A stretch of 63,732 bases of DNA, filler included, from Choristocarpus tenellus KU-1152 (lineage: Eukaryota; Protista; Phaeophyceae), in assembly GCA_964200185.2 (NCBI GenBank). It is 7 parts of 7 records of this genome, joined end to end, with 100 filler letters (N's around TTAATTAATTAA, not from the genome) between each part and the next. Parts side by side here need not be neighbours in the genome. Positions count along the whole stretch, not along the records: positions 27,604 to 54,447 come from CAXNAD020000160.1; positions 54,548 to 60,619 come from CAXNAD020009013.1; positions 60,720 to 63,732 come from CAXNAD020022942.1; 4 more parts are not named here. One strand, written 5' to 3'. The notes under the pieces were generated by a model that did no database searches, had not been told where the DNA came from, and saw only the letters and a list, made by a program, of their open reading frames with translations. Below, piece after piece: positions 52,301 to 63,732 of the stretch. The position numbers and the translations under genes are program-made. Each line of letters begins with the position of its first letter. Positions within the stretch are counted from its first letter, which is position 1.

Positions 52301-54079
52301 GAAAGTGGAAAATAGTCTTAGAGTTTGACCAACTTTGTCCTCGATTTTGTTTACGAACAGTCCACACAGAATATAAAAGTTACCAAACACCTTACTGTAT
52401 GTCCTTGTGTAGGTACATGCCCCGGAGTACACAATACTTACAGGTAGGACAGGGAAGAGGAGAGGAGGTGAGGCCAATATAATGCAAGCCAAGATATTGT
52501 ACAGACATCTGATGGTAAGACTGTTACATATTGTCTAGACTAAAGAGACCTTAGGGTACAAACCAGCATGGTGCCAACGCAACAGTAACACTAAGAGAAC
52601 GGAAAGCTTTAGTTGGGCAGAACAGCCATACCTTGGGACTGATTTTCCATGTCGCCGAGGCGAAACCTCCGAAAACTTCCCCATTCATGGCTTCTACCAC
52701 AATGTAGGTTGGAGACTCTTCCTTGGTCCTATCATAGAACTGTATGTGACTGGCACCATCCCTGATTCCTCATTTCCATTGCATTTTCGCAGTGTCATTC
52801 ATTTGCCACCAGCCACAGGAAGCACCCGTTTCCATTTGGCACCGAGTTCCATAATTGTTCATTTCATTCCATCATTATTGCATGCCATTCAACATCAGTA
52901 TATGACAGGTGAGATTATGAATGTACATAAACTATGAGAGAGCGGAAGAGGAGAAAAGCAAGGCATATACCTAGAGCATATATAGATGGAAGCACAGCGG
53001 CTTTACATAAGTCGAGGGTTGGAGGAAGCAAGATTTGTGCACACGCAGGCCTTGGGAGAATGTTCGGAAGGGAAGGGAATACCACACAATAGAGAATGGT
53101 GCCATTGATTGTAAACTGGTGAGCATTGAGAACATTTGCACATGTATGTGAGAGAGAGTAAGGTGCATACTGAATTTGAGGCATATGCAGTATAATATGG
53201 TATGATGCTTTGCCAAGCAAGCTGAAAGGTTAAGTCAGGGTTAGGTATGTTGCAGTTGACGGCCAAGTGGGTGGTGGTTTTCATAGAGGGAACAGGCAAT
53301 TGTGGTGTAAAATGCTCAAGTGAGGAAGGTGGGGTGTGTGCATGGACTCATGATATGTCACAAGGGATGGTTGAGATGTACCAGGTGGTATGATGTTGTG
53401 TGATATTTCCCTTGTCAAATGCCATCTTGACACACATTTAGCTAAAAATACTTGTTCAAAATACTGGGGATACTTCAAAGGAAATAGTATATTTATTAGT
53501 GGTACAGATATGGCTGCTCATAGAGGTCTCTAGATAAAATGAACAAGCAACATACTATTACTCTTATCTACCCTCTTGATGATATGCACATACGCAGAGT
53601 AAAACAAGAGCCACTCCAAGATGAAGGGGGGGAAAAAAGAAGAAGCAACATCTACACCAATGAAATGGCTTAGTTGTAGCACAGTGGGCCAATGGGATGC
53701 GTTTGCAGTGCAACATATCATCCTCCCCTACTCACTCAACCTCATCACTGCTGAAATCCCACATCCCATCCAAAACGCACCCATCCAAACCTGAAAGTGC
53801 TGTACAACATCACCCAGTTGTACCCCCTGCAGTGTTCTGGAAGAGCAGCTTCTAACTTTCCCATGGTACCCAGAGAAATTATGTCACTACCACCTGCAAC
53901 CAGTCCCGGTACTTGCAACTTTTGCCTCTGCCTATCCTGGGGCTTTGGCGAAGTGGCTGGTGACAATGACATTGCGCCACGTTCTCGACCCAGAGACGAG
54001 ATGGCAACAACCTCCTCTGCTACCCCCTCCCCATCACACAATGATGGGTCAGAATGGTGTGTGGGAACTCTCAATATGT
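49366..54079 (-). CDS. TLDc-domain protein (OXR1/NCOA7-like), 3' part; exons 53791-54079, 52632-52761, 50963-51462, 50129-50192, 49366-49461
   Basis: LPEHCRGYNWVMLYSTFR-DGASHIQFY...GEVFGGFAS..W-YYGTGESFLF...WSGMNTYF...LGMGGGGGNFGLFI..DFMKGSTG-CRTFDNPPL..EFEVCNIE-IWGF...stop. All splice phases fit. Confidence 0.93.
51880..52141 (+). mobile_element. MITE subfamily A in a TLDc intron, TSD TGCT
   Basis: GAGTCAAAGTATCTC ... TACCCTCTAAGATACCTTCACAC with TGCT on both sides. Confidence 0.9.
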
Positions 54080-55926
54080 CTACCACAATTACCAGTCACA
54101 CAGGAAGAGAGGGGGGCAGATTCAGCAGACAAACAGCTGGGCGGGGGTGTAACGGCAATTGCACTGTGCGGGAGGCCCCATCCTCTGGGAGGAGTATGCC
54201 AATGACTACCACATAGAAAGCAATCAGTACAACAGGTCAAGAACTCCAAAAACTGAGTCACAACAGGATACTTGATTGTCAGTCTAACCCTATGCCCCTC
54301 CCCCCATTTCAACCCTGTTGTCATGATTTCATTGTCCCCCTCCTAAGTCCAAGAAGCAATCCTGCTCTCATCCCCCCCCACCCATCCCCAACACTCCTTA
54401 TCCACCCCACTCCCACTTGATCACCCCTACCTCTCCCTGCAATGTTCNNNNNNNNNNNNNNNNNNNNNNNNNNNNNNNNNNNNNNNNNNNNTTAATTAAT
54501 TAANNNNNNNNNNNNNNNNNNNNNNNNNNNNNNNNNNNNNNNNNNNNACCCCCCCGCATGACTGGGCTCTCTATCAGTTCCCCACTTTGAGAGAACGAGT
54601 GATGGAGCAAGACTTGCCCATGAGATCGGACACAATAGAAAATGAGAAGCTGTGCGAGGCTCCTCAGAGAGTGCGCATGACTAGTGGCGTGATAGCCCCT
54701 CAGAACATGCCAGGCAGCACCCCTGCCTCTGATTTTGTCAAACTATTGAGATACCACTGCACCACCAGTGCAGTCCTTCCATGCAATAAAGTCTTCACTG
54801 CTTTGGCAAAAATTGATTCTGAGAACGGGTACTTGCTTTTCACCCACCAAATCTGAGATTCAGAACAACAGATAGGTCAATGATATGATAGGAGCATAGC
54901 AAGGAAGGAGCTGGCGCTGAGCCAATCAGACAGTACCGAGGTGTGGGTTGCATTGGATGGGCTGAGGGTGTGGATTCCAGCACGTGATACTGTCACGAAG
55001 AAGACCTTGATTCTACTCACAAGACTCCATGTGGAAAGGCAGGCGGATGGGGGTTAGGGTTTGTCACTAAACTATCAACACATGGACTTTGTACATGTCT
55101 TGCTATAACCTAGATATCATACACTACTTGGGTGCATTCAATTTTGTTGCCAGGGTATAGTGACTTGTCCGGCGCAACACTCTGACCCCGATCTCTTCTC
55201 GAACTTCTGTTGCAGTACAACATTTGGGGCCAATTGGTGTACAATTTGTCCTTTATCGAGGCCACTGTCCAGTGCCATTTGTTCTGAAACGTCTGTTGTC
55301 TGCAGGACTCTCGTGCATAAATCCACTTGTCTGGGAAAACTATCCAGCAAACTCGCTGTGTAACATGTGCTGACGAGGCAAAGCTCTAGGCCATTTTGCA
55401 GACGCCGTATGCTATCATGACAACCATAAATGGGAATTTGCTCTGCACTATACTTTATCCAGAAAATGCTTTTTGGTATGAGAATTGAAACTCCATGTTG
55501 TAGCATGCGAGTGCTGCATTGTCCTGGGTATGTAGAATTTGAAGTATTTAGCATGCAATTGGAAGTACAGCCAGCCTATAGACTATTACTCATCTCATGC
55601 ATGAACAGATGCAAATCATCCCATTGTTGAATAGATGCAAACTGCAGTAGAGAGAGGGAGGACATTTCAGAACAATGGAGTAAAGCATATTGCCTATCAA
55701 CATCAAATACTGTACGCGATGCTTGAATTCAGTACCCCATCACCATCTAGTTCCCTACCATTTCCCCTACTTGACTCTTTGTAGGACGACAGCATCGCCA
55801 TCAAGGAAACCCATCCTGCTTGTCTCCTCTATGTACCACTGCCAAGCCGCATATTGCTGGAAATTCAAGAAATCAACAACATAAACTCAAGAAGTTGGAA
55901 CAGAAAAGAATTACAACATGGCCCAC

Positions 55927-57372
55927 CTGCTGCAGCATACCGGAGCTAAGGTCGATGGCATCGATGTGGGTGATGATACCTTGTCCCTGTGGGTAGTGAC
56001 GCAAGTTTAGCCCCGTACCCACTCCTACCTCAAGCACTCGACCAGATGCTCTTGATAGCATATTTCTTCTGAGATCCTGTTGAGAAAAAAAAAAGTGATG
56101 GTGAGACAATGTACCACAGTTAATAGGACCTCATTAAGAAAGGAACATGGACACAGACACATAATGACACCTCAAATCTAACAATTAACAAATGAAAGTG
56201 AGAAGCGGGTAAGAAAATCCTGGTAGTTCCTCAATAACCATGAGCATATTGGATGTACTTGGGACCTGGTCGCTACCCTGATGTCTATAACCGTTGATAA
56301 CTTCCCGAATCACAAAAAACATGATTGCCTTATGTGTACGTTTTCCAGCTTCAACAATCCAAAGCAAATGAATGAGGCAGAGCAACACGCTTAACAAAAA
56401 CTTGGTCCCACTTCACCCCCTAGTCTCCTGCAACAAACAGGCCCTCGACGCACTATCAACCACTGTAGCTTTCACATTCTAGTTTGAGGGCCCAGATTTT
56501 CTGTCCAATTATAAGCCTAAATCATGCACCCTTCTACCATCTCTCAAAAGTAACCCCAGGCATTCCCCCCTCTCTTTCTTGCATCCGTAACAGAGTGCAC
56601 ATACCTCACTCTTAGTTAGCCACACATGTACAAAGAAGTGCTCCATCCATAGAATACATGAACGGATACATACATGTGAACACCAAAATTTAGACCATTC
56701 CCAGCTCACATAGCCCTCCCCCGCCCCCCACTTAACTACCCTCATGCCCATTGTCTTCCTCCTAATCCAAGTTGAGACACTAACCTCCACACCAAGCACT
56801 TCTGCTGCCCATCCCCCATCAAGCTGGTCGTAGCCCTCAGAAAATCGATCATAAGAGTCTCTCATGTTCGCTTTTGTGCTAGAGATCTCAGCACTGCTGC
56901 CAGAGAGCTTAGCACTTTGGCTCACGTCACTTCCCGCAATTGCCACCGATGTTGCTCCCGCAACACCCCAGGCTGTTGAAAATGCCGTGGCCGCACTTAC
57001 AAGCGCAGACTGTCTACTGAAGGGCCACCAGATAGAATTCGATCCATCCACTGCTCGTGAACAAGTCTTTCCTTCGCGTTCCTCACCGACATTGACTGGT
57101 GCCAATGTTTTCCGAGAGATATGTGAGGAACCCTTCCCTTTTGTATGATGACGACTTCTGACTGAGGACGGATCGTGAACAGAGTGCAAAGGCTGACGCC
57201 ACCCTTTCCCATGACTGCTACAACCAGGAGTGGATACAAAAGCGAATGGAAGCACGCAACGCATCCATGGCCATGCAAGGCGAGTGTGGGCAACGATGAC
57301 AGGCGCTTCGACGATAAGCGGCACGAGGGGTAGTAGGGTCCTCGTGGTGTTCGTGAGGGCATCCAAGGCCAT
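55927..57372 (-). CDS. Class I SAM-dependent methyltransferase (Methyltransf_11-like), 5' part; exons about 56785-57372 and 55927-56076
   Basis: SYDRFSEGYDQLDGG..-DLRRNMLSRASGRVLEVGVGTGLNLRHY...IDAIDLSSGML (motif I). The long N-terminal extension may be a targeting peptide. The start codon is uncertain. Confidence 0.85.
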
Positions 57373-58777
57373 GCTGAGGCCCTCTTCAGAAGTGGGAAGT
57401 ATTAAGCGATTGGCAAAGTAGTTCCCTCGATTCCTCTCCACCAGATACGGGCTTGCCTCCACGCGACGACTGCTTGGGGCATGGGACGACACTGGTGAAC
57501 CCCCTCAAATCTACTTACAGCTTAGATATCTACCACAGTTTTGAAAAGGGATCATTTTCACCCTCTAACTTACGCGTGAGAGAGTGATGGTGGATCTTCG
57601 GTCATCCTCGAGAGCTTTGTCCAACAACTCCTTAAAGTTCAACGAAGACAGGTAATAACCAGAAGAGAGTGCGCCTTTGTAAAGAACAGGAATGGTCGTA
57701 TGAGATGCACAAGACTGCAACTTTGCATTTGCTCACATTGCCGCCAGACCCACGACTACTGCTAGCGCTCGCCATCGAACACACTTTCTTCTTCGTTCAC
57801 GCCTAGCAAAACGCATTTCTTCATTCCAATACATGCGTCCCTACTATCGTCAACAGTATCCTATCTTACGAAAATATGAAAGCACACTGATTTCTCCTCG
57901 AAGAAGCCTTCCAAGTGTTATGAGGCAAAATTGGCGATCCATAGAAGAGAGATCGGGAAAGAAAAGACATGGGACACACTCAGAGCAACTAGACACTAGA
58001 CCCCACATCTTCAACGCAAGGTCAGCAACGTAGATGATATTTGCCACCCCTCTAGGCTGTTGCAAGAACTATGATTGTTATTGTGTCCTACCCCTTGATA
58101 TAGTTTTATAGTTTCTTTGATAGGGTGGAGGTTCAAGGGTGGCCCAGGAAGTGGGTGAAGACAGTAGCAGAAGAGCAAAGTCAAGAGGTCGAGGTAGAAA
58201 AAGATGTATTGTTAGTGATTTCTTTGTGACTCTCTATGTGTCCGCCGTAAACATGTTGGGTTGTATGTTACAAGCATCAAAAAGGATTAGGGACTGCCCC
58301 TCTCTAGTTCCACTCTTATGCTTTCAACACAAGAGAGATTGCTTGGTATTCACTGGAGTACAGCATGATACTTAGCAGTATATAGGCCCATTCCTTCGGT
58401 AAGTGTTTTCACCCATCTCTGACGTGCTGGAAACAAGAATAGTACCGTAAAGACTGCTGGTGGATGACTTTGTGGGTACCCACATCCACGTTTTTTGCGA
58501 CAAAAGATGGTTTCCCCGTCATTATTCTGATCATCGACTCTCGAATAGATGACAAATGCCCTGCCTGAGAGACTGCCTCCGGTTCCATCGCATACAATCC
58601 ATTTGTCTGCAGTATATCCTACATTATTGTGATACTGGATAGCAGGGCTTGTTTGTATTGAGGCAACAGATTCGAGCTGGACGGGGGCATCGCGAGGAGG
58701 GAAGATACTTACGCAAACCAAGAGAGGGTTGTGAGTCACACAGGAGTTGCACCAGCCGCTGCTGGTACTGGCCTAGG
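57373..58777. promoter_or_regulatory. Divergent (head-to-head) promoter region between the methyltransferase and PSMA4
   Basis: Two first coding exons point away from each other about 1.4 kb apart, and the region is CpG-rich relative to introns. Confidence 0.6.
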
Positions 58778-60308
58778 ATGGCTCGCAGATATGACAGTAG
58801 CACCACGACGTTCTCGCCAGAGGGACGCTTGCACCAGGTAACGCAGAGTATACATGTCCTGGGAGAGATTTGGCGGATATGATATGCTCATGATATATAG
58901 GGAGTATCATGAATCATAGTGAGGCTACCCAATGTTGCTCTATTTTCATATTTGTTAAGGAGGTGATTATGCCGAAATTCGTAGTCTTAAACCGGACACG
59001 TTTTCCTTGTCCTACCACTCCCTCTCGCACTCTCCCCTTACGAGTTTGTGTTACACGTACAGTGTTCACCAGGTAGTTTTTTTTTTTAATGGTGGTGTTT
59101 GAGTCCAATGGTGTAGAGGGGTTTTCTCCTTGCATCGTTTTGATGTCATTAACTGCGTTTAATATCTCCAGTTTGTAAGGCGGACTCATCTGTCCCTTCA
59201 CATTTTTTGTATCTGTGATCTGATGCGTCATACACGCATTATATCACATTAATGTATATAATCAGTTATGTGAGGTGTCGCCCTTTGCCAATACATGTGT
59301 TGCACTCATGTATCTGTAACACGACAAAGCAGCAGGTGTGGTCAGGGGTGTTCCTACATCTCCCTGATTTGGAGCTAGTTGTGTTGCTGATGCATGTATT
59401 GCCCTCCTTGCAGAAACATTATCATGCCCTGATGTACTCTGCTCTTTAGTTCTCCTTGTGCCAATGTTGAGAATATGGAGAATGTAGATATTTCCTCTAT
59501 CGCTCTGGTTTTCGAGTTTAGGGAGGTTGTTACCGTCAAAAGGCTACTTTGAGATATGTGTGCATGGTTGACGCCTGTGTAACATTTGTGACTGGCTCTT
59601 TAACCACCTAGTTTGCAGATGATACAAATCCAAATTGCTGAAGCATGTGATTCCTTCCCTGCCATTTTGGGAGGGTTTATATCATTTGGATGATGTGTCC
59701 CTTGTGCCATCTGGGCTCTCGCTGAACATAAGGAAAGGGATACCAACACCGTTACCATCTTACACAAATGGAGTTGTCAGCAATGTGTATTTAACCCAAA
59801 GACCTACCAGGAGCTGGGTGCTTCTTTTATGTGTGGATTGTTGCATTGTAGGTCTATTGTACGTTCTCGAAGTAGTATCACGGTACACATGTACTGCTTT
59901 TGCCTGGAGCTATGGCCAGGATGTGTGATGTTGATTTTGTTTGTTTGACCCATGATTCTAGCTCCTACCTGACTTCTGTGTTCAGGTGTTGACCCACTAC
60001 AAGGCAGTAGCCGTTCTCACTGTGCTCACTGCTTGATTGAATAAAATATTTTAGCCCTTTCATGATATCTGTAGATCATCCCTGTATTGTTGTTGCGGTG
60101 AATTCTCTGCAATGGTCTGTGACAGAGCAACCCCTGGAGATTAATTGCGACATAATTGTGTGTATCAGGTGGAGTATGCGATAGAGGCCATCAACAATGC
60201 TGGCACCTGTGTAGGCATTCTTGCAAAGGACGGTATTGTAATGGCAGCAGAACGGAAGACTGTGTCCAAGTTGCTGGCGCCTTCGAAGACATCCGACAAG
60301 ACTTACAG
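58778..60308 (+). CDS. PSMA4: 20S proteasome subunit alpha-3 (alpha type-4), exons 58778-58837 and 60169-60308; truncated by the contig end
   Basis: [56 protein letters not shown]. Confidence 0.95.
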
Positions 60309-60719
60309 GTAAGCAAGGGGGTAGTTAATAGTTTTTTTATCTTATGTGTTTGTCAGGTCAATATGCCTTTGCCTTGCAATGAGACTTTCTGTGTTGCAAA
60401 TTCTCTCAAGGGTACGCTCCTTGATCACCGTGCTGCATATTTCAAGGTATTTTTTATTTTTTGGTATTGTGTTTCAGGATCAAGAGTCACATGGGCAAGT
60501 CCTGGCAATTTTTCTTGCTCAATCCATTTATACAAATTTCACACGTGATTGCACACATCGAAGTTGATGCCTGTACATGCCGTGCTGCAATCATGTCCCC
60601 ATCAACGACCCCCTTCATCNNNNNNNNNNNNNNNNNNNNNNNNNNNNNNNNNNNNNNNNNNNNTTAATTAATTAANNNNNNNNNNNNNNNNNNNNNNNNN
60701 NNNNNNNNNNNNNNNNNNN

Positions 60720-61320
60720 ATGTGAGAGGGTGGTTAGCATCTTCGCAGAGGCTAACCATGCAATTGAGGTGGAGCGAGCACCCACAGGGGAGGGTGCCTT
60801 GGTGGTCTGGGGAGAGAGACTCTAGACAGCTAGGGCAGGGAAGGAAAGAAGGGGGAGGGGCTGGGGGGTGGGGGTGTGGGATGGAGAGTAGGCGGAATGG
60901 TGAGATGGCAAAAGGGGTGGAAGACGATTGTGAGCGGATGGGTTCCAGCACGGTTTCAGTTCCCACACTCCCCTCCATGGCAGCGTAGTAGTGTTCTGGG
61001 CTGGCAGGGGTACAACAGGTGGGGCACGGGATGGGGTGTAGGGGTCTGGCGTGGAGGTATAGAGCCAAGGCACAGCCCACATCCAGTGTGTGCAGGAGAA
61101 AGGGAGTACTGGCTATTGTATCTCGGAAAAACAAATCGTACAGTGTTCTGGTGTAAGCTGACGTGGATGTTGGGATGGGTGTGGGTTGGGGTCCCTGGTG
61201 GGGGAGGCTGACCTTCGAAGCCCGGTAATAACTTTCATCACCATCTCTCCTGCCTCCTTCTCCTCGTAGCCATGTAGGGGCGGGTCCCTCTCCCTGCTAC
61301 CATTGCCATGTGCCTCTACC
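60720..61320 (-). pseudogene. Degenerate RING-like fragments, probably the N-terminal region of a retroelement
   Basis: CPSCLESL...LPCGCSLHLNC and HCTICFSEI*; these resemble HCSICLSPI at 44230 of the CRE-like element. Confidence 0.4.
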
Positions 61321-62212
61321 ACCTCTCTGGCCCCATCCCCTTGTGTGCTCGTTCGATTTTCCGTCCAGGCTTCGCCTTTCTGCAGAGACGAAACGTGTCT
61401 TCCGTTCCCCCCTTGTCCGTGCCTATCTCATGGGCCGCCATTCCCATTGTCGATCACCTCCACCTCGTCACCATGTGGGCCCATTCCGTTCTCCATCCAT
61501 CCTTCTCCGTTCTGCGAGAAACACCTGTGCGTCTATTCCCGGAGCCAGGTTAAACCCTCCACTTATATTTGTTTCTTGCCACTGCCTGTTTTGTGTACCG
61601 TCGTCGCCTTCCTCGATCACCTCCACAACCCCATCCTCTCCTCCTTACTCCGAGTACAAATTAATGTAATTTCCAAGCTTGAAGGGAGTGTTTAGAGTGG
61701 GAAGGTTTATGAAGTAATCTGAGTTTTGTGGACGGAAGAATTTTGGTTGGTTGGGGGCACGGGGCAAGGAAGGGGACAGAAAAGAAATAAGAATCAACAA
61801 GGAAGGAATGAAGAGTTAAGAATTGAGTGATAGATTAAAGAAACGACTGGCAGGCAGAAGCTTGAGAAGAAAGGGATGGACAGTATTGAATCGAAGAGGA
61901 AACCTGAGTCTGGGGTGAGAAGGAGAGGGGTGCTAGATCAAGAGGACCCCCGAGCAAGCCAAGTAAGTGGTATAGTCTACGGAGGCCCAGCAGGGAAGAT
62001 AGAAACAGAGGGAAAGAGAAACTGGATCAACGTGAGAGAGCATGAAACAGAGAGGAGAGGGAGGGATGGAAGAAAACAAGACATCATGGGAAGGATTCAG
62101 AGGGGAGACAGACAAAGAGAAGGGAGGGACAGAAAGAAAGACACCTGAGGGATGAGGGGAACAAAAGGATCCAAGAGAAGAGGAAAGGAGAGGAGAGTTT
62201 TCAGCGCAGAGG

Positions 62213-63732
62213 ATGCGAGAGGAGATCGAGAGGGCTAGGAGAAACCTGGAGACAAGCGTCGAGGGCATGAATGAGACAGCAGGGGAAGAAGAAGGGAAAA
62301 GAGAAGAAATCGAGGAAGGACCGAGCGAGTCCAATAAGCTCCAGTCGCTGTCAACAGAAGTAGCCGATCTGACGGTGAGGATGGACAGCATGATGGATAT
62401 CCTGCGAGGGCTACACCAGGCAAACATTTCACGCCGCTATGAAGGAAACAGTGGCAGGAGAGGAGAGGGGAGACCAAGGAATGAGGAGGAGCCAAAAACG
62501 TGGTCGGGAATGGCCGAAAAAATGAAAGAGAAGTCACTGATCCTAATATGGAAAAAGGTCAACGTGAGGAAATATTTTGTTTTCTTTGGGCATATCCCCC
62601 TGTTCATTCAGGCAAGCGACGTCAAGGCTACAAGGAACGAACTACAACGGATAGTCGATGATAAAGCGGACATTTCCGAGGCAGCGGCGGAGCAACTGGA
62701 GAAAATGGCCAACTTCAACATAAGGAAGTTCATACCCAAAGGAGAGTTGGGGAGGAGGACGAGTAAAGGAGATTATGAACTACCTGATAAATTTGATTGC
62801 TTCGTGGCAGCTGTAAGGGAAATATGCAAGTATGGAGAGGGCTGGACGCCGGGAAGGAGGAGAACGGAGGAAGTGGTGGGGGAACTAGAAGAGGCAAGAT
62901 ACAAGGTACGAACTTTTTATGGGGCCAATAAACCCACTCTACTTGAACATCCAAGGATTGTAGATTTGGTATATCAAGCAGTGGAGGAGGATTTAGAAGT
63001 GTGGGCAATAAATTTAACGCCCCGCACCCCCGAGACATGGATCCCACCACCCTCGACACCCACGTTTACGAGTATGGAAGCCATGCTGAGCTAGGCAAGG
63101 AACATGCTACCCACGCTGTATAGCACGGAGTCACGGTCAAGGTCGATGAAGAGGGCAGGAATGTGGGGGGGACAGAGGTCGTCCAAATCTCCACGACCAG
63201 ATGACAGGACTAAGGACGGAGCATCAAATGGCAAGGGGAGGCCATATAACCTGTGTTACGCTTTTCAGGCGGGAAAGGATTGTGAATTCCTTAAAAATCA
63301 TGGTTTCTGCAAGTTCGATCATTTCTTAGAGGGATGGAGATGCGGGGAAGGGAGACAAGGCCAAGCCGGACTCTACCAAGAAGGACCCCTGAGGGTGGCA
63401 GACCCACCCCCGGGGGGGATGGGCTGGCTAGACAGGACCAGTGGAGTTCAGTACTACCACAACATGCGCAGTGGACGACAGGGATTCCGCGACCAGGGTC
63501 TTTGTACCGGTTAATCAAAGGTAGAGAGGGTGGGGGAAGGAAAAGGAATGAAGTTGATGATTGGTTTGAGGTTTGGGAGAGGTTAAAAAGGGAAAAATAA
63601 CTGGAATTAGCAGGGGCAGAGTTGCAAAATTTAGCAAAGAAAGGAGAAGTGTTGCTTGACAAGTGCAAGGGGGACTTGGGGGAAGTAGTAGGTAGGTTGG
63701 GTGAGAGATGGAGCCCTCAACATTTGAAGTGG
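62213..63732 (+). mobile_element. 5' part of a DIRS/Ngaro-like retroelement: gag-like ORF1 (62213-63514, one in-frame TAG at 63092-63094) and an overlapping second ORF from about 63334
   Basis: Coiled-coil N-terminus, CCCH finger CYAFQAGKDCEFLKNHGFCKFDH, overlapping frames and a purine-rich strand. RT and tyrosine recombinase are not in the window, so the class is inferred. Confidence 0.55.

Noticed and set aside
54600-55860. Further exons of the methyltransferase (e.g. ORF 55138-55554)
   Set aside because: No methyltransferase motifs were found, so the pieces could not be assigned.
6473-60719. Recurrent TTAATTAATTAA between N-runs, and any gene-neighbourhood argument across them
   Set aside because: These are identical 100-bp artificial linkers; flanking genes are truncated and unrelated, so adjacency is not biological.

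Overview
Eukaryotic, intron-rich genomic DNA, most likely from a brown alga or close relative. This is an inference from the EsV-1-7 repeat gene, TTAGGG repeats, brown-algal-type CRE-like retroelements and CpG decay. The window is not contiguous: seven contigs are joined by artificial 100-bp linkers (N44-TTAATTAATTAA-N44). By reading splice sites I can reconstruct seven host genes, six of them partial: a class-II-like trehalose-6-phosphate synthase, an ADCY10-like STAND/AAA ATPase, an EsV-1-7 zinc-repeat protein, an apparently complete RMT2/GAMT-like methyltransferase, a TLDc (OXR1-like) protein, a class I SAM methyltransferase and proteasome alpha-3 (PSMA4). The rest is largely transposon debris: a Copia element with a nested solo LTR and MITE, two DD39D mariner relics, CRE-like non-LTR elements, a DIRS/Ngaro-like 5' end, and about 15 copies of four related MITE subfamilies. 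The most notable observations are the MITE clan whose target duplication alternates between 3 and 4 bp by an apparent sequence rule, a WW-like domain after the CCCH finger in a retroelement ORF1, a CpG-deamination and CpG-island signature, and telomeric and donor-like motif arrays in introns. All calls are by eye, without database searches.
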